From positions 1 through 49,180 of the forward strand of contig NW_021834369.1 in assembly GCF_006345805.1 (NCBI RefSeq): a DNA stretch of 49,180 bases, given 5' to 3'. The position numbers were made by a program, and so were the translations under genes. Below are positions 26,736 through 37,640 of the stretch, one piece after another (positions within the stretch are counted from its first letter, which is position 1; each line of letters starts with the position of its first letter). This DNA comes from Octopus sinensis (taxonomy: Eukaryota). Under the pieces are notes generated by a model. The model was not told the origin of the DNA. It did not search any database and saw nothing but the letters and a program-made list of their open reading frames with translations.

Positions 26736-26971
26736 CGTACATATACATATACACACGGCCGCAGTGACAGACACACAGGTACTCACATATATCACCAACA
26801 CGTAATATCTCTCCCACAACCACCACCACCACTACCGCCACCTTCACCATCATCGTTTACAATATTGCCCCGCCTCTTGTTTATAATTAACACTGCTACC
26901 AAAACACTTATTCACACTGGAGGGAAAAAAATAAATAAAAAACAACAAAATTTTACTGCTGTCACTACTAC

Positions 26972-27440
26972 AATGACTGCAAATGCAATTACATTCTGAA
27001 CCACTACCAAGCAAAGCATTATCATACAAAGCACTACCACACAAACCACTACAACACAAACTAACACCACACAATCTACTGTTAAGCTCTATCACCATCT
27101 CTTAACGAAACACTGCGACCAGTGCATTAGTCACTGCATGCACGACTGCGAGAAATCATATTCTAAACGAAGACAATGCAAACTATTGCAATTCGAACCG
27201 CTACCACACAAGAAACTACCACGCAGACCATTGCGATACGAACTACTACCACACAAACCACTATTAAGATCTATCACACTAGAATCACAGCAAACATGAC
27301 TGCGAGAAATCACATTTTAAAAGACTACAACGCAAACTATTGCAACACAAGCCTTTACCACACACAAAAAAGACTACCACAGAAATTACTACCACACAAA
27401 CTACTACCAAACAAACCATGACAAATTACTATCATCTCTA
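26972..27440 (+). repeat. Degenerate ~155-170-bp tandem repeat (3 units) with ACTACCACACAAA sub-repeats
   Basis: Units start near 26972, 27141 and 27295 with (a/c)a(t/c)gactgc. Frames are broken. Confidence 0.7.
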
Positions 27441-27445
27441 CAGAA

Positions 27446-27771
27446 GTGAAAGCGCATGGCTTAGTGGTTAGAGCATTCGGCTCACTATTGTAAGGTCGTG
27501 AGTTCGATTCCCGGCGACGCGTTGTGTCCTTGAGCAAGACACTTTATTTCCCGTTGCTCCATTTCACTCAGCTGGCAAAAATGAGTAGTACCTGTATTTC
27601 AAAGAGCCGGCCTTGTTACACTCTGTGTCACGCTGAATCTCCTTGAGAACTACGTTAGGGGTACACGTGTCTGTGGATTGCTCAGTCACTTGCACGTTAA
27701 TTTCACGAGCAGGCTGTTCCGTTGATCGTATCAGCTGGGACCCTCGTCGTCGTAACCGACGGAATGCCCCT
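27446..27771 (+). mobile_element. SINE family D (CORE-like centre) sharing the family C 3' half, 12-bp TSD
   Basis: tRNA-like head, then GTGTCCTTGAGCAAGACACT, then the same 3' half as 9375-9560. TSD ATCTCTACAGAA at 27434-45 and 27772-83. Confidence 0.9.
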
Positions 27772-28246
27772 ATCTCTACAGAAACGCACCAACACATTAT
27801 TGTCACGCTGAATATCAAAACCGACACGAGGGTAGATTCTACTGAGTCGTTTCTCCAACGAGAAATAGAAGCGAAATTTCTTTCAAGACTTAAAATCTTA
27901 AAATCTTACCGAGTTACAAATATGAAGGACATATTGGTCAATGTAAACTTAGAGCTAGAAAAGGGCTATATGGTCACCCATGAAACGTCTTTGGCTGCCC
28001 AATCAGAGCTGATTAGTGACTGATTAGCAACAACAATAACAGCAACATTAGCAACAGGCAGAACTGGCTCTTATGTACCTTGTATAGCATTCACTCTGCT
28101 GCAAGCATCCAGCCATGTATCCATCGTTGGCTTGATGTAGAAAAGGTACATGCAATGTGTAGATTATAGCTGTTTTTTTTTTGTCTAGCCTGACAGATTC
28201 AGCAACCACATAGAATCTCCTTCATTGACACGATCAAATTAAAACA

Positions 28247-28290
<44 letters not shown>

Positions 28291-28368
28291 ATGTATATAT
28301 ATATATATATATATGTGTGTATGTATATATATATATATATATATATATACGTGTGTGCGGGGGGTGTA

Positions 28369-28411
<43 letters not shown>

Positions 28412-28619
28412 TGTGTGAGTTGAAATTGCACCTAAGACTTTGTCTCGCGACTGGAGTTTCACGTCACGGCGATCTTCAGGTGAGTGATGTGAGACGAGTT
28501 GTGAGACAAAATTCTCAATTTCATTTTTAATACAACACATCCTCAATATGTTTTGAGCGCTCATTTCATTCGTTTGACATAAACCAACGTACGTATACAC
28601 ACACACATTATATATATAT

Positions 28620-29130
28620 ACAAAGTTAAATAAGGGTAGTAATTGATATTAATCAATTAAAACCAGTGGCTTAGCATATTTTTTAAAATCCGAAGATTAA
28701 AAATTGTTTTACATACAAATTTAGAGGACTGACCACTAGAAGTGGACAGCTTATATGCTAAACATAGACATCAAATCGCCATTCACCACGAAGAATGTGT
28801 TCTCAAGAAAAATCTCAGCAAAATATCAAAGTGTAAAAATAAGCAAGACGAATGAAAATATACGAAATAAGAAACGATTACCTATGTACCATTGGTTTCA
28901 CTTGTTAGTATTTACGTATATGGGCACGCAAGCATCTGCAAGATCATCAGCATAGTCTGTCGTTTACAAAACACAATTTCCAGAACTAGATACAGAATGC
29001 TCAACCGAAATCCAGTATGTATAAAGTTCTACATGTTATATTTAGGTGTATCCTTCAAACGCCTTCACTTTGGCGCGCTGAGATCGGAAACTACTCTACA
29101 GTTAATAAACTACAGCAGTCAATTTACCGG
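28620..29130 (-). mobile_element. Penelope-like 3' end / pseudo-LTR remnant
   Basis: Minus strand has a ...LKDTPKYNM* end resembling the GIY-YIG C-terminal 'PKLN', then a hammerhead motif, then an AT-rich tail ending in (TA)n. Confidence 0.6.
28882..28955 (-). ncRNA. Type I hammerhead ribozyme motif (PLE-type, palindromic stem III)
   Basis: Minus strand: CTATG-CTGATGA-[44-nt stem II]-GAAAC-CAATG-GTA-CATAG. Stem I is CTATG/CATAG, the core is intact, stem III region ACCAATGGT is palindromic, and the cleavage triplet is GUA. Confidence 0.8.
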
Positions 29131-29383
29131 TTAGAGAACATTTTTTTAATTATTATAATAAAAAACAAACCATTGAAATATACGTAGGCTTATGAATTGC
29201 GTTCTATTTCTGGTGTTTGTTCCAGTGAGCACACACACACGTGCGCGCACGCATAGACAGACATACACACACATACACACACATACACCCACGCGCTCAC
29301 AGGCACAAATACGTGTGGGTGGATATGTATTTGTGTGTGTGTATATATATATACATCTACATAAACACGCACACCTGCATATA

Positions 29384-29416
<33 letters not shown>

Positions 29417-29428
29417 ATATATATATAG

Positions 29429-29467
<39 letters not shown>

Positions 29468-29472
29468 TATTA

Positions 29473-29515
<43 letters not shown>

Positions 29516-29530
29516 TTTAAGGATTTAAGG

Positions 29531-29561
<31 letters not shown>

Positions 29562-30455
29562 CGTGTGTTTGTATTCATATATATATACATACAAACACAT
29601 ACACATACACACATATTTATAAAAGAAAGGAAGAAAAACAGAACGTAAGAGAGTGAGTGAGAGAGGGGGAAACAGAGAGAGAGAGAGAACGAGGAAAGTG
29701 AAAGAACGTATTTGGCTTCGATGTAGCATAATAAAACATAAAATATAAACTGGGTGTAGGAAAACACAAAGAAAAAAAAACTAAGAAAAGTATAAGTAAA
29801 TATAGAATATGAGAGGAAAATAAAATTTACATTTAAAAAGGACCAATTAGTGTAAGTAAATAATAACATAATTAAGGATTTTAATGACTGAATATATTTA
29901 TTTTAAAAATCAAATTAGAAAATAGATAATATTGAAATTTAGGAATAATAATTGTTCGTCATATGTTGGCTCCCTCTGTCATCCAGTTCGATGCTTTGAA
30001 CTGGATGGCATACACATATACATTTAAACTGATCGATATATATCTAAACGGTTATGTTTGTTTAGATGTATATAGATTAAAAATTATAGATTAAAAGATA
30101 CGATTCTAATAATCCTTTTTATTATAGGCACAAGGCCTGAAATATTATGGTAGGTGGTTATTCGATTATATGGACAGCAGTGCTCACCTGGTACTTATTT
30201 GTCGGATCTTTACCTTTTGACCTACAGATTTTAAAAATAATTTTTTGTAACTAAACACTTCAAGGTTTGGACACTGGTAGAATGTGTCAATATAAAACAA
30301 CTTTTACTCTTAGCATTTTTTAGAAAAACTTATATTTACGAAATTATTTCACGTTAAAGTTGTCCTATTTCGGTAATTTCAACCAATCAATGACGTGTAT
30401 TCAGCTGAATAAAATTAATGCTGTTGTTTGTCAACAACTATCGGCGGTGCATTTC

Positions 30456-30720
30456 CAGATACCAGGAAATCCCAAAATGACAAATTCAAAAGATAGTGTT
30501 CATGGCAATTGCCTATATCCTACGTAAATTACTGTCTATGTAATGTCAAATTTTAAAACAAACTCATAATTTTCTTGTGTTTTTTTAAATATTCTCTAGA
30601 ACACTACTACGTGCAAAGCCAAAAGTATGACACCAGCATGAACTTCTAATTTGTTGTCTCTTGAGATCTCTGGGTGAGACTTGGAGCCAACTTGTACAAA
30701 TACAAGGCAAAAGTCAAACA
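30456..30720 (+). mobile_element. 3' end of a probable R4/Dong-like (RLE-type) non-LTR retrotransposon
   Basis: QIPGNPKM, frameshift, IQKIVFMAIAYILRKLLSM* (stop 30541-43), resembling the QK.V..GTA.ILRK.L C-terminus. Short 3'UTR, then (TAA)n. Confidence 0.62.
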
Positions 30721-30845
30721 TATAATAATAATATAATAATATAATAATAAAATAATAATAATAATAATATAATATAATAATAATAATAATAACAATATAA
30801 TAATAATAATAATAATATAATATAATAATAATAATATAATAATAA
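30721..30845. repeat. Imperfect (TAA)n microsatellite
   Basis: Direct reading. Confidence 0.95.
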
Positions 30846-30846
30846 A

Positions 30847-31402
30847 TGCCCTGATGCAGTACCAGGCAGTGGCTCTCATGGCTTCTGATCTTAACTGATT
30901 GGAAGTGTTATCATGTACATTGTTTTATCTTGGTATAAAAGATGGGCTACAGCAAATATTCTGCTCAATACCACAGATTTGCTTGACAGTTGTTTGACCT
31001 TAACCAGTTGAGCATGTCCCTTAGTGGCTGACGATATGTGCATCTCTGATCACGAGCAGAAGTAGTGGGGGAGCATCATAGCCATGTGTTGAGAGGGATT
31101 CTTTGGGGTTTGTATAGTTCACCTCTGGAAACATGGGTGGTTCTTTCAACATCCTTAAACAACCCTTATTCAGAGACCTTTTGAGCGGGATGGGCTACTC
31201 AACCTGAAGAAAATTCTAACTGGGCCCCACCTGCAAGGTCATGTGCTGTTTATCTTGATATGAGATCACCATGTCGCGCACATATGGTTGTGATGCATGT
31301 GCCTGGTGTACCTTTATCAGACGGGTAATCATGATGGGTATATTGGGCTTCGTATATTTCACCCCAGTGTCACTTTGATGGCATGAACTGCTCTCTCACT
31401 CA
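30847..31402. mobile_element. About 555-bp non-coding element bounded by (AAT)n on both sides
   Basis: Complex, more GC-balanced sequence with sharp boundaries into (AAT)n at 30721-30845 and 31402-31423. No ORF. Element status is inferred. Confidence 0.5.
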
Positions 31403-31878
31403 ATGATAATAATAATAATAATAGTAAAAAGAAGAAGAGCAACGACAATAACCACACGAACACAACAACCACTACAATAAAGATGAAAGGCAAAATCGAC
31501 CTCAGCGGACATTGAACTCGTAAAGAACCGGGAGATGCGCCGCTAAGCGTTTTCATCGACGCTCTAACGATTGTGCCAGTCTTCCGCCTCTACACTTTTC
31601 AAAGTATTAAAAACTTGAAGCATTAATTTGTAACACAAAAATAGAACAAGATCACCAAGGGAGTGACATATTTCAAACTTGTCTGGGTAATTACTTTCGT
31701 TACCCAGACACCATCGTTTTCTTATTATTCAGACCGAAGTGGGACATGTTACTAAACAACCTATCCTGTAGTTATAAGATAAATATGGATAAATGTTTCC
31801 AGATAAATGTTTATGGTACTTAATACATGAAGCGAGAATGCTTTGTCGTGTAATCGGCAAGGCAGTCGCCCAACAGGC

Positions 31879-31909
<31 letters not shown>

Positions 31910-32124
31910 CTGTTGTGTCTGGGGAGAGTCATTTTCTTTTTGTGCCTTATTATTTAACACACTCACCGGGAAAATTTCCCCTTATTCCTTATTTTTATTT
32001 TCCTAAAACTTTCATTGCGTCTTGCAACCTTTACAATGAAATAAGGAATAAGTGGAAATTTTACCGGTGAGTGTGTAAAAAATATAAGGCACTAAAAGAA
32101 AATGACTCTCCCTAGACACAACAG
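31910..32124. repeat. Inverted repeat, about 85-bp arms
   Basis: 31910-31994 versus 32039-32124, imperfect, 44-nt spacer. Left end abuts (TA)n. Confidence 0.85.
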
Positions 32125-32203
32125 AATATGCTTCTCCACACGAATTTGCATAAAGAATCTGGCAAGCCAAATCCAAAAACGAAATATATATATGTATATA
32201 TAT

Positions 32204-32252
<49 letters not shown>

Positions 32253-32261
32253 TTTATTATT

Positions 32262-32448
32262 TTATTCTTTTCAGTCATTTGACTGTGGCCATGCTGGAAC
32301 ACAGCCTCTAGTCAAGCAAATCGACCCAGGACTTATTGTTTATATGCCTAGTACTTACTTTATAACCGAACCGCTAAGTTACAGGGATGTGAACACCAGC
32401 ATCGGTTGTCAAGCGATGCTGAGGAAGGGGGAAAACACGGACACACAA

Positions 32449-32502
<54 letters not shown>

Positions 32503-32663
32503 ATATACGACGGACTTCTTTCGGTTTTCGTCTACCAAAATCCACTTACAAAGCTTTGTTCGGCCCGCGGCTATAGTAGAAGACTCTTGCCCAAGGTACT
32601 ACGCAGTGGGACAGAACCCGGAACCATGTGGTTGGGAAGCAAGCTTCTTATCACTCCTGCGCC
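32262..32663 (-). mobile_element. SINE family B
   Basis: Reverse copy. Further reverse or partial copies lie at about 4243-4807, 7961-8323, 18849-19215, 39560-39730, 41250-41405 and 44020-44280. Confidence 0.85.
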
Positions 32664-32810
32664 TTATATATATATATACATTTATGTATGTATGTATGTA
32701 TATATGTATGTATGTATAAATGTATGTATATATATATATAATATGTATATATATATGTATATATATGTATATATATGTATATATATGTGTGTATATATAT
32801 ATATATATAC

Positions 32811-32842
<32 letters not shown>

Positions 32843-33205
32843 TATGTAAGCCTGTATGTATGTATCTACGTATGTATATTCTAATGGAGAAAGCTGCTCA
32901 TTAATTAGGTATATAACAGTTACTATAAGAAAGAAATTATTGAAGGCTTGACCGTCTGGAAATTTTTTATAAAATAAAATCATGTTCCCAGAAACTTCCT
33001 ATAATTTCGATTCCTGAAGTCTATTGAATATTTGAGCTACAAGTTTTTCGCAAATTTATATATTCGTTGTATTCACTGTACATTTAACGCTTAGCCTCTC
33101 CATCACCCATAGTAATGGCTGCCCGCGTGCTGGCTTGCTTCAGGACGTTCCGTTAAACGCTTTGCTGTGATAAAAAAAAATTCCCTACAAATGGTTCAGT
33201 ACAGT

Positions 33206-33372
33206 TTTAACAGAAAGATTCCGAAGAATTAGATGAAATTTCTCCGATAATTCTCTTTCATATAAATAAAAGTTTATGTTAATTAAGTTTTAATAGAAAG
33301 ACTTGGAAGAACTAGATGGAAGTTCTCCGGTAATTTTCTGTCATGTAAATAAATGTTTACGTTAAATTAAAG
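33206..33372 (+). repeat. Two diverged ~83-bp tandem copies
   Basis: ttaa(c/t)agaaaga..gaagaa(t/c)tagatg..ttctccg(a/g)taatt..taaataaa(a/t)gttta repeated twice. Confidence 0.75.
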
Positions 33373-33560
33373 ACGATAATAACATAAAAGAAAAAAAATT
33401 TGATAACTGAAATATTATTGTGTTATGTTGCAATCACCCTTCATTTATTATCCTACCAATTATTATACTTCAACATAATATAATCAACAATCCTTTATCG
33501 AATATTTCGAAGTTGGGAGAACTCCAAAATACAAAATTTTTTCGACGAAAAAAAGACATA

Positions 33561-34209
33561 CGAGGGAAAGTCAAAAATTATCCGCTCTTTCACTTTAAAC
33601 ATATTTTTATTATTGCCACACTGCCTTCTGCGCATGCGTGCTCATAGTTGGTACTATTGTGGTCACATGATCGAAGTTTGAGCCTGATCGCGCCATTTTT
33701 CTTTTTGGCTTTACAGTGTAAGCATGGCCACTCCACTTGCAATGTGCACCAAAGAAGAACAAAGAACAGTGATCCGATATCTCTGGTCGGAAGGTGTGTC
33801 AAGTGCTGAAATTCATCAGAGGCTTTTAAAAGCACAATATGGGGAAAGTGCATTACTGCATAGAAGTATGTATGAATGGATCGAGAAGTTTAAAAGTGGC
33901 CGGACAGGCGCACGAAGAGGGAGCAGAATGTCCGTCAACTCCCAACAGTGACGAAAAGATTCAGCAAGCTCGGGGGAAAGGTTAATAGTGAACCGGTTTA
34001 CCATTATCATCTCTCGGATCATTGCTTTTTGTTCTTTGGTGCACATTGCTATGTTGTAAAGCCAGAAAAGGAAAATAGTGCAATGAGGCTCAAACATCAA
34101 TCACGTGATCACAATTGCACCAACTATAGGCACGCATGCGCAGAAGGCAGTATGGAAATAACAAAGATATGTTATGGTGAAAGTGCCGATAATTTTTGAC
34201 TTTTCCTCG
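33561..34209 (+). mobile_element. Mariner-derived non-autonomous element with about 200-bp inverted arms
   Basis: TA flanks at 33559-60 and 34210-11. TIR CGAGGGAAAGTCAAAAATTATC / GATAATTTTTGACTTTTCCTCG. Transposase N-terminus MATPLAMCTKEEQRTVIRYLWSEGVSSAEIHQRL..QYGE..L....YEWIEKFKSGRT at 33724 onward. Confidence 0.9.
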
Positions 34210-34423
34210 TAAGAGTAAAATTCGCGAAAGGTTTAAGGGAAACATAAATGGTGTCAATAACACCTGCCTGGGAAATTCTGCAAAGGCCAAGGGCACTGAC
34301 CCTTTCTTCAAACCCAATAAATTGAACAAAAGATATTACTGTTTGTACGCACAAGATTATGCGTGTACGTGGCGTATGTTAGAGTTTATGCTTCTCTGTG
34401 TTTAATCTTGTGTATACTGTCAG

Positions 34424-34486
<63 letters not shown>

Positions 34487-34574
34487 GTACACACATATAT
34501 GTATATATTTATATACATACATACATATATATACATATATGTATATATAAATACATTATATATATGTGTGTGTA

Positions 34575-35464
34575 TATATATATATGTATATAATTACAAA
34601 TTGAGATAGGGGTTGTGAGTGCAACCCACCATGGGATAACATATATCCAATATACTGCCAGTAAAGCACCCAACAAAGTTAATACATAAATGTTAAGAAT
34701 TGCGATGCAATTAATTCATTTATTGCATTATATGGGCAAAGGTAAAATGTTTTACCACAAATTAATAATACAAAATAAGAAAATGGAGAAATACACCTTA
34801 ATCAATAATCAACTACCAGATAATACCCAATCACATAATTTATTAAACCACTACATATGAACATCAAGGTCAAACATAATAGTATAGAACAAAACAATGC
34901 ACATCAATGAGTAATATGATACAATAAGTACAATATGTATAAGTGAATATAAATAAATATAATATGAATATAAACTACATCTTACAGCTGTTTCAGCCAT
35001 GCAGATATGGGTATCTCATTATGCTCATATTATCCAGGTGTGATAAGTTAATATGTGGTTATAAATGAGACACTTACAAAAATATCCCAAGGCCCCTTCA
35101 GAGATTATAAAGTACAAACTAAACTAAATATGAATATCAGAGGAGGTACAACCATATAAGAGTGGGTACATACCCATAACCACATATTAACTTATCACAC
35201 CTGGCTAATATGAGCATAATGAGATACTCATATCTGCATGGCTGAAACAGCTGTAAGATGTAGTTTATATTTATATTTATTTATATTCATTTATACATAT
35301 TGTACTTATTGTATCATATTACTCATTGATGTGCATTGTTTTGTTCTATAGTATTATGTTTGACCTTGATGTTCATATGTAGTGGTTTAATGAATTATGT
35401 GATTGAGTATTATCTGGTAGTTGATTATTGATTAAGGTGTATTTCTCCATTTTCTTATTTTGTA
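34575..35464. mobile_element. Fold-back element, probably a second Penelope-type terminal structure
   Basis: Arms 34769-35062 and 35176-35464 are near-perfect inverted repeats around a 113-bp spacer (...KVQTKLNM*, PKLN-like). The arm carries GAAAC-AGCT-GTA (35244-35255), the 3' half of a hammerhead with palindrome ACAGCTGT. Both ends abut (TA)n. Confidence 0.65.
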
Positions 35465-35528
<64 letters not shown>

Positions 35529-35544
35529 CAAGATAAATATTTAA

Positions 35545-35612
35545 ACCACCTGATGAATGACTGTAACTCGAAAATTTAAAGAAATTAACAGCCATGAAAC
35601 GATCGTAGTGTT
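35545..35612 (+). ncRNA. Type I hammerhead ribozyme motif (PLE-type, palindromic stem III)
   Basis: ACCAC-CTGATGA-[ATGACTGTAA...TTAACAGCCAT]-GAAAC-GATC-GTA-GTGTT. Core intact, palindrome ACGATCGT, stem I CAC/GTG. Confidence 0.75.
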
Positions 35613-35736
35613 ATATTAATTATATTTTTTAAATAATTTTGTTATATATTTAAATAATATAAATTAAATAATCTTATGTATTGGCTTAAGTTTTTCATTG
35701 TATGATTTGCCTAATAGTGGTTTTGTCTCTAATTTA

Positions 35737-35781
<45 letters not shown>

Positions 35782-36418
35782 AAGATAGAGAGATAAATAG
35801 ATAGATAGACAGATGTGTGTGTATATATCTTATTAGCAATGTGACGTATCTGGGAAATCTGATAGGTTATGACTTTCATGATATATAGTGTGTGGGCGTA
35901 TATATATGCATATATATATATATATATATACAAACATATAGACATGTATACATATATACATACACTCAGACACAAATACACACACACACACACATATATA
36001 TTTCTATAGGTGTGTCAATCGTGGTTCTAGACAACATTTGTCATATATATATATATATATATATGAACTTGTGTAGAAGAGTTAAGCATGCGTCAAAGCA
36101 GAGAAATGTGAGCAGGTGTGACAGGAAGTTCACGAACAATGCAGACTGACAAATGGAGACGTATGTATACCAACAGGTGGGCAAACGTGACATCACAGAA
36201 ATAGGAAAACGTCAAGAGTCATACGGAAACGGCAAGAGTCATACGGAGAGAAAAAGCCTGGATACTTGGAGATATGCATATAAGTATATTTGTTTATGAA
36301 CAATCATACACTCATACACATAAACAGTATATACACATATACTCTTTTCTCTTATGATTCAGTCATATATGTGTGATCATACTGGTATATGTATACACAC
36401 ACACATATATAGATATAT

Positions 36419-36458
<40 letters not shown>

Positions 36459-36523
36459 ATTTTATATATATATAATATATATATATACATATATATATAT
36501 AATATATATTATATATATATATA

Positions 36524-36617
36524 CTAGCAGTATCGCCGCCCGGCGTTGCTCATGTTTGTAAGGGAAATAACTATAAAGCATTTTTAGAGAGTTATAGCCA
36601 AAAATATTATGGTAAAT
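36524..36617 (-). mobile_element. Duplicated Helitron 3' end
   Basis: Second CTAG/hairpin terminus, part of the tandem duplication 36347-36617 / 36618-36915. Confidence 0.8.
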
Positions 36618-36720
36618 TTCTCTTATGATTCAGTTATAAATGTGTGATCATACTGGTATATGTATACACACACACATATATATATATGTATGTGTGTATA
36701 TATATATATATAGATATATA

Positions 36721-36758
<38 letters not shown>

Positions 36759-36821
36759 ATATATTATATATAAGATATATATATACATATATATAAATAA
36801 TATATATATATATATATATAA

Positions 36822-37166
36822 CTAGCAGTATCGCCCGGCGTTGCTCAGGTTTGTAAGGGAAATAACTATAAAGCATTTTTAGAGAGTTATAGCCAAAAAA
36901 ATGATGGTAAATTTTTTTTCAGATTTAAAAAAGGTGGAGTTGCGTCCCCTAGACAGTTTGTGGTTCGTGTTTCTGATTCTCGACCCCATGTCGAATTTAT
37001 CGATTTTTATCAGAACTGGGGGAACTTTTCAAAATTTTCGCTGCGTTAGTTTTGAATTATGACATTGGGCTATGTGTGTGTCAAGTTTCATCAGAATCGG
37101 TTGAAAGCCGTGGTCAGGGTGAGGGTACAAGCAAACAGACACACAAAACACGCACAGACAACTGCC

Positions 37167-37180
<14 letters not shown>
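36822..37180 (-). mobile_element. Non-autonomous Helitron (same 3' end as 47389-47841, different body)
   Basis: CTAG at 36822-25 plus hairpin CGCCCGGCGTTGCTCAGG. Terminal ~70 bp match the reverse complement of 47770-47841. 5' end merges into (TA)n. Confidence 0.8.
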
Positions 37181-37220
<40 letters not shown>

Positions 37221-37221
<1 letters not shown>

Positions 37222-37640
37222 AATTAGGGCTTAGTAAAATAAAATAAATTACTTTGCCACATACTGAACTTAGTAGAAATAGCAGCCAAAAAAAATTTTT
37301 TTAGCCGTTTCTACTACTTGAAGCGACAAGTTCGCAGATAGGTATGGTTCCTTCTTTTTAGTGTTTCCAAATCCAAATTAAGAAACTTTGAGCTGACGAA
37401 AGAAATGCTGATTTTACTTGGCTAATCTTGAAACATTAACGTACTCAAACGATCTATGTACTTGTGATATTTTTCTGTATTTACCTCCAAACCTTCGTGA
37501 GCTGTCTGGAGTAAACATTATCTGAGAGAATTTTTTCTTTAAGTAGTAGAAACGGCTAAAAAAATTTTTTGGGGCTGCTATTTCTACTAAGTTCAGTATG
37601 TGGCAAAGTAATTTATTTTATTTTAACTAAGCCTAATTAT
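37221..37640. repeat. Inverted repeat, about 100-bp arms
   Basis: 37221-37319 versus 37541-37640, near-perfect, about 220-bp spacer. Left end abuts (TA)n. Confidence 0.88.

Noticed and set aside
27643-28023. 126-aa ORF with a globular-looking C-terminal part
   Set aside because: It is a family D SINE tail fused to a diverged family F repeat (tagaaatagaagc.., atggtcacc.., ..agcaacaac).
30200-30445. Possible DNA-transposon half element
   Set aside because: No second TIR or TSD is visible in the window, so I cannot support a call.
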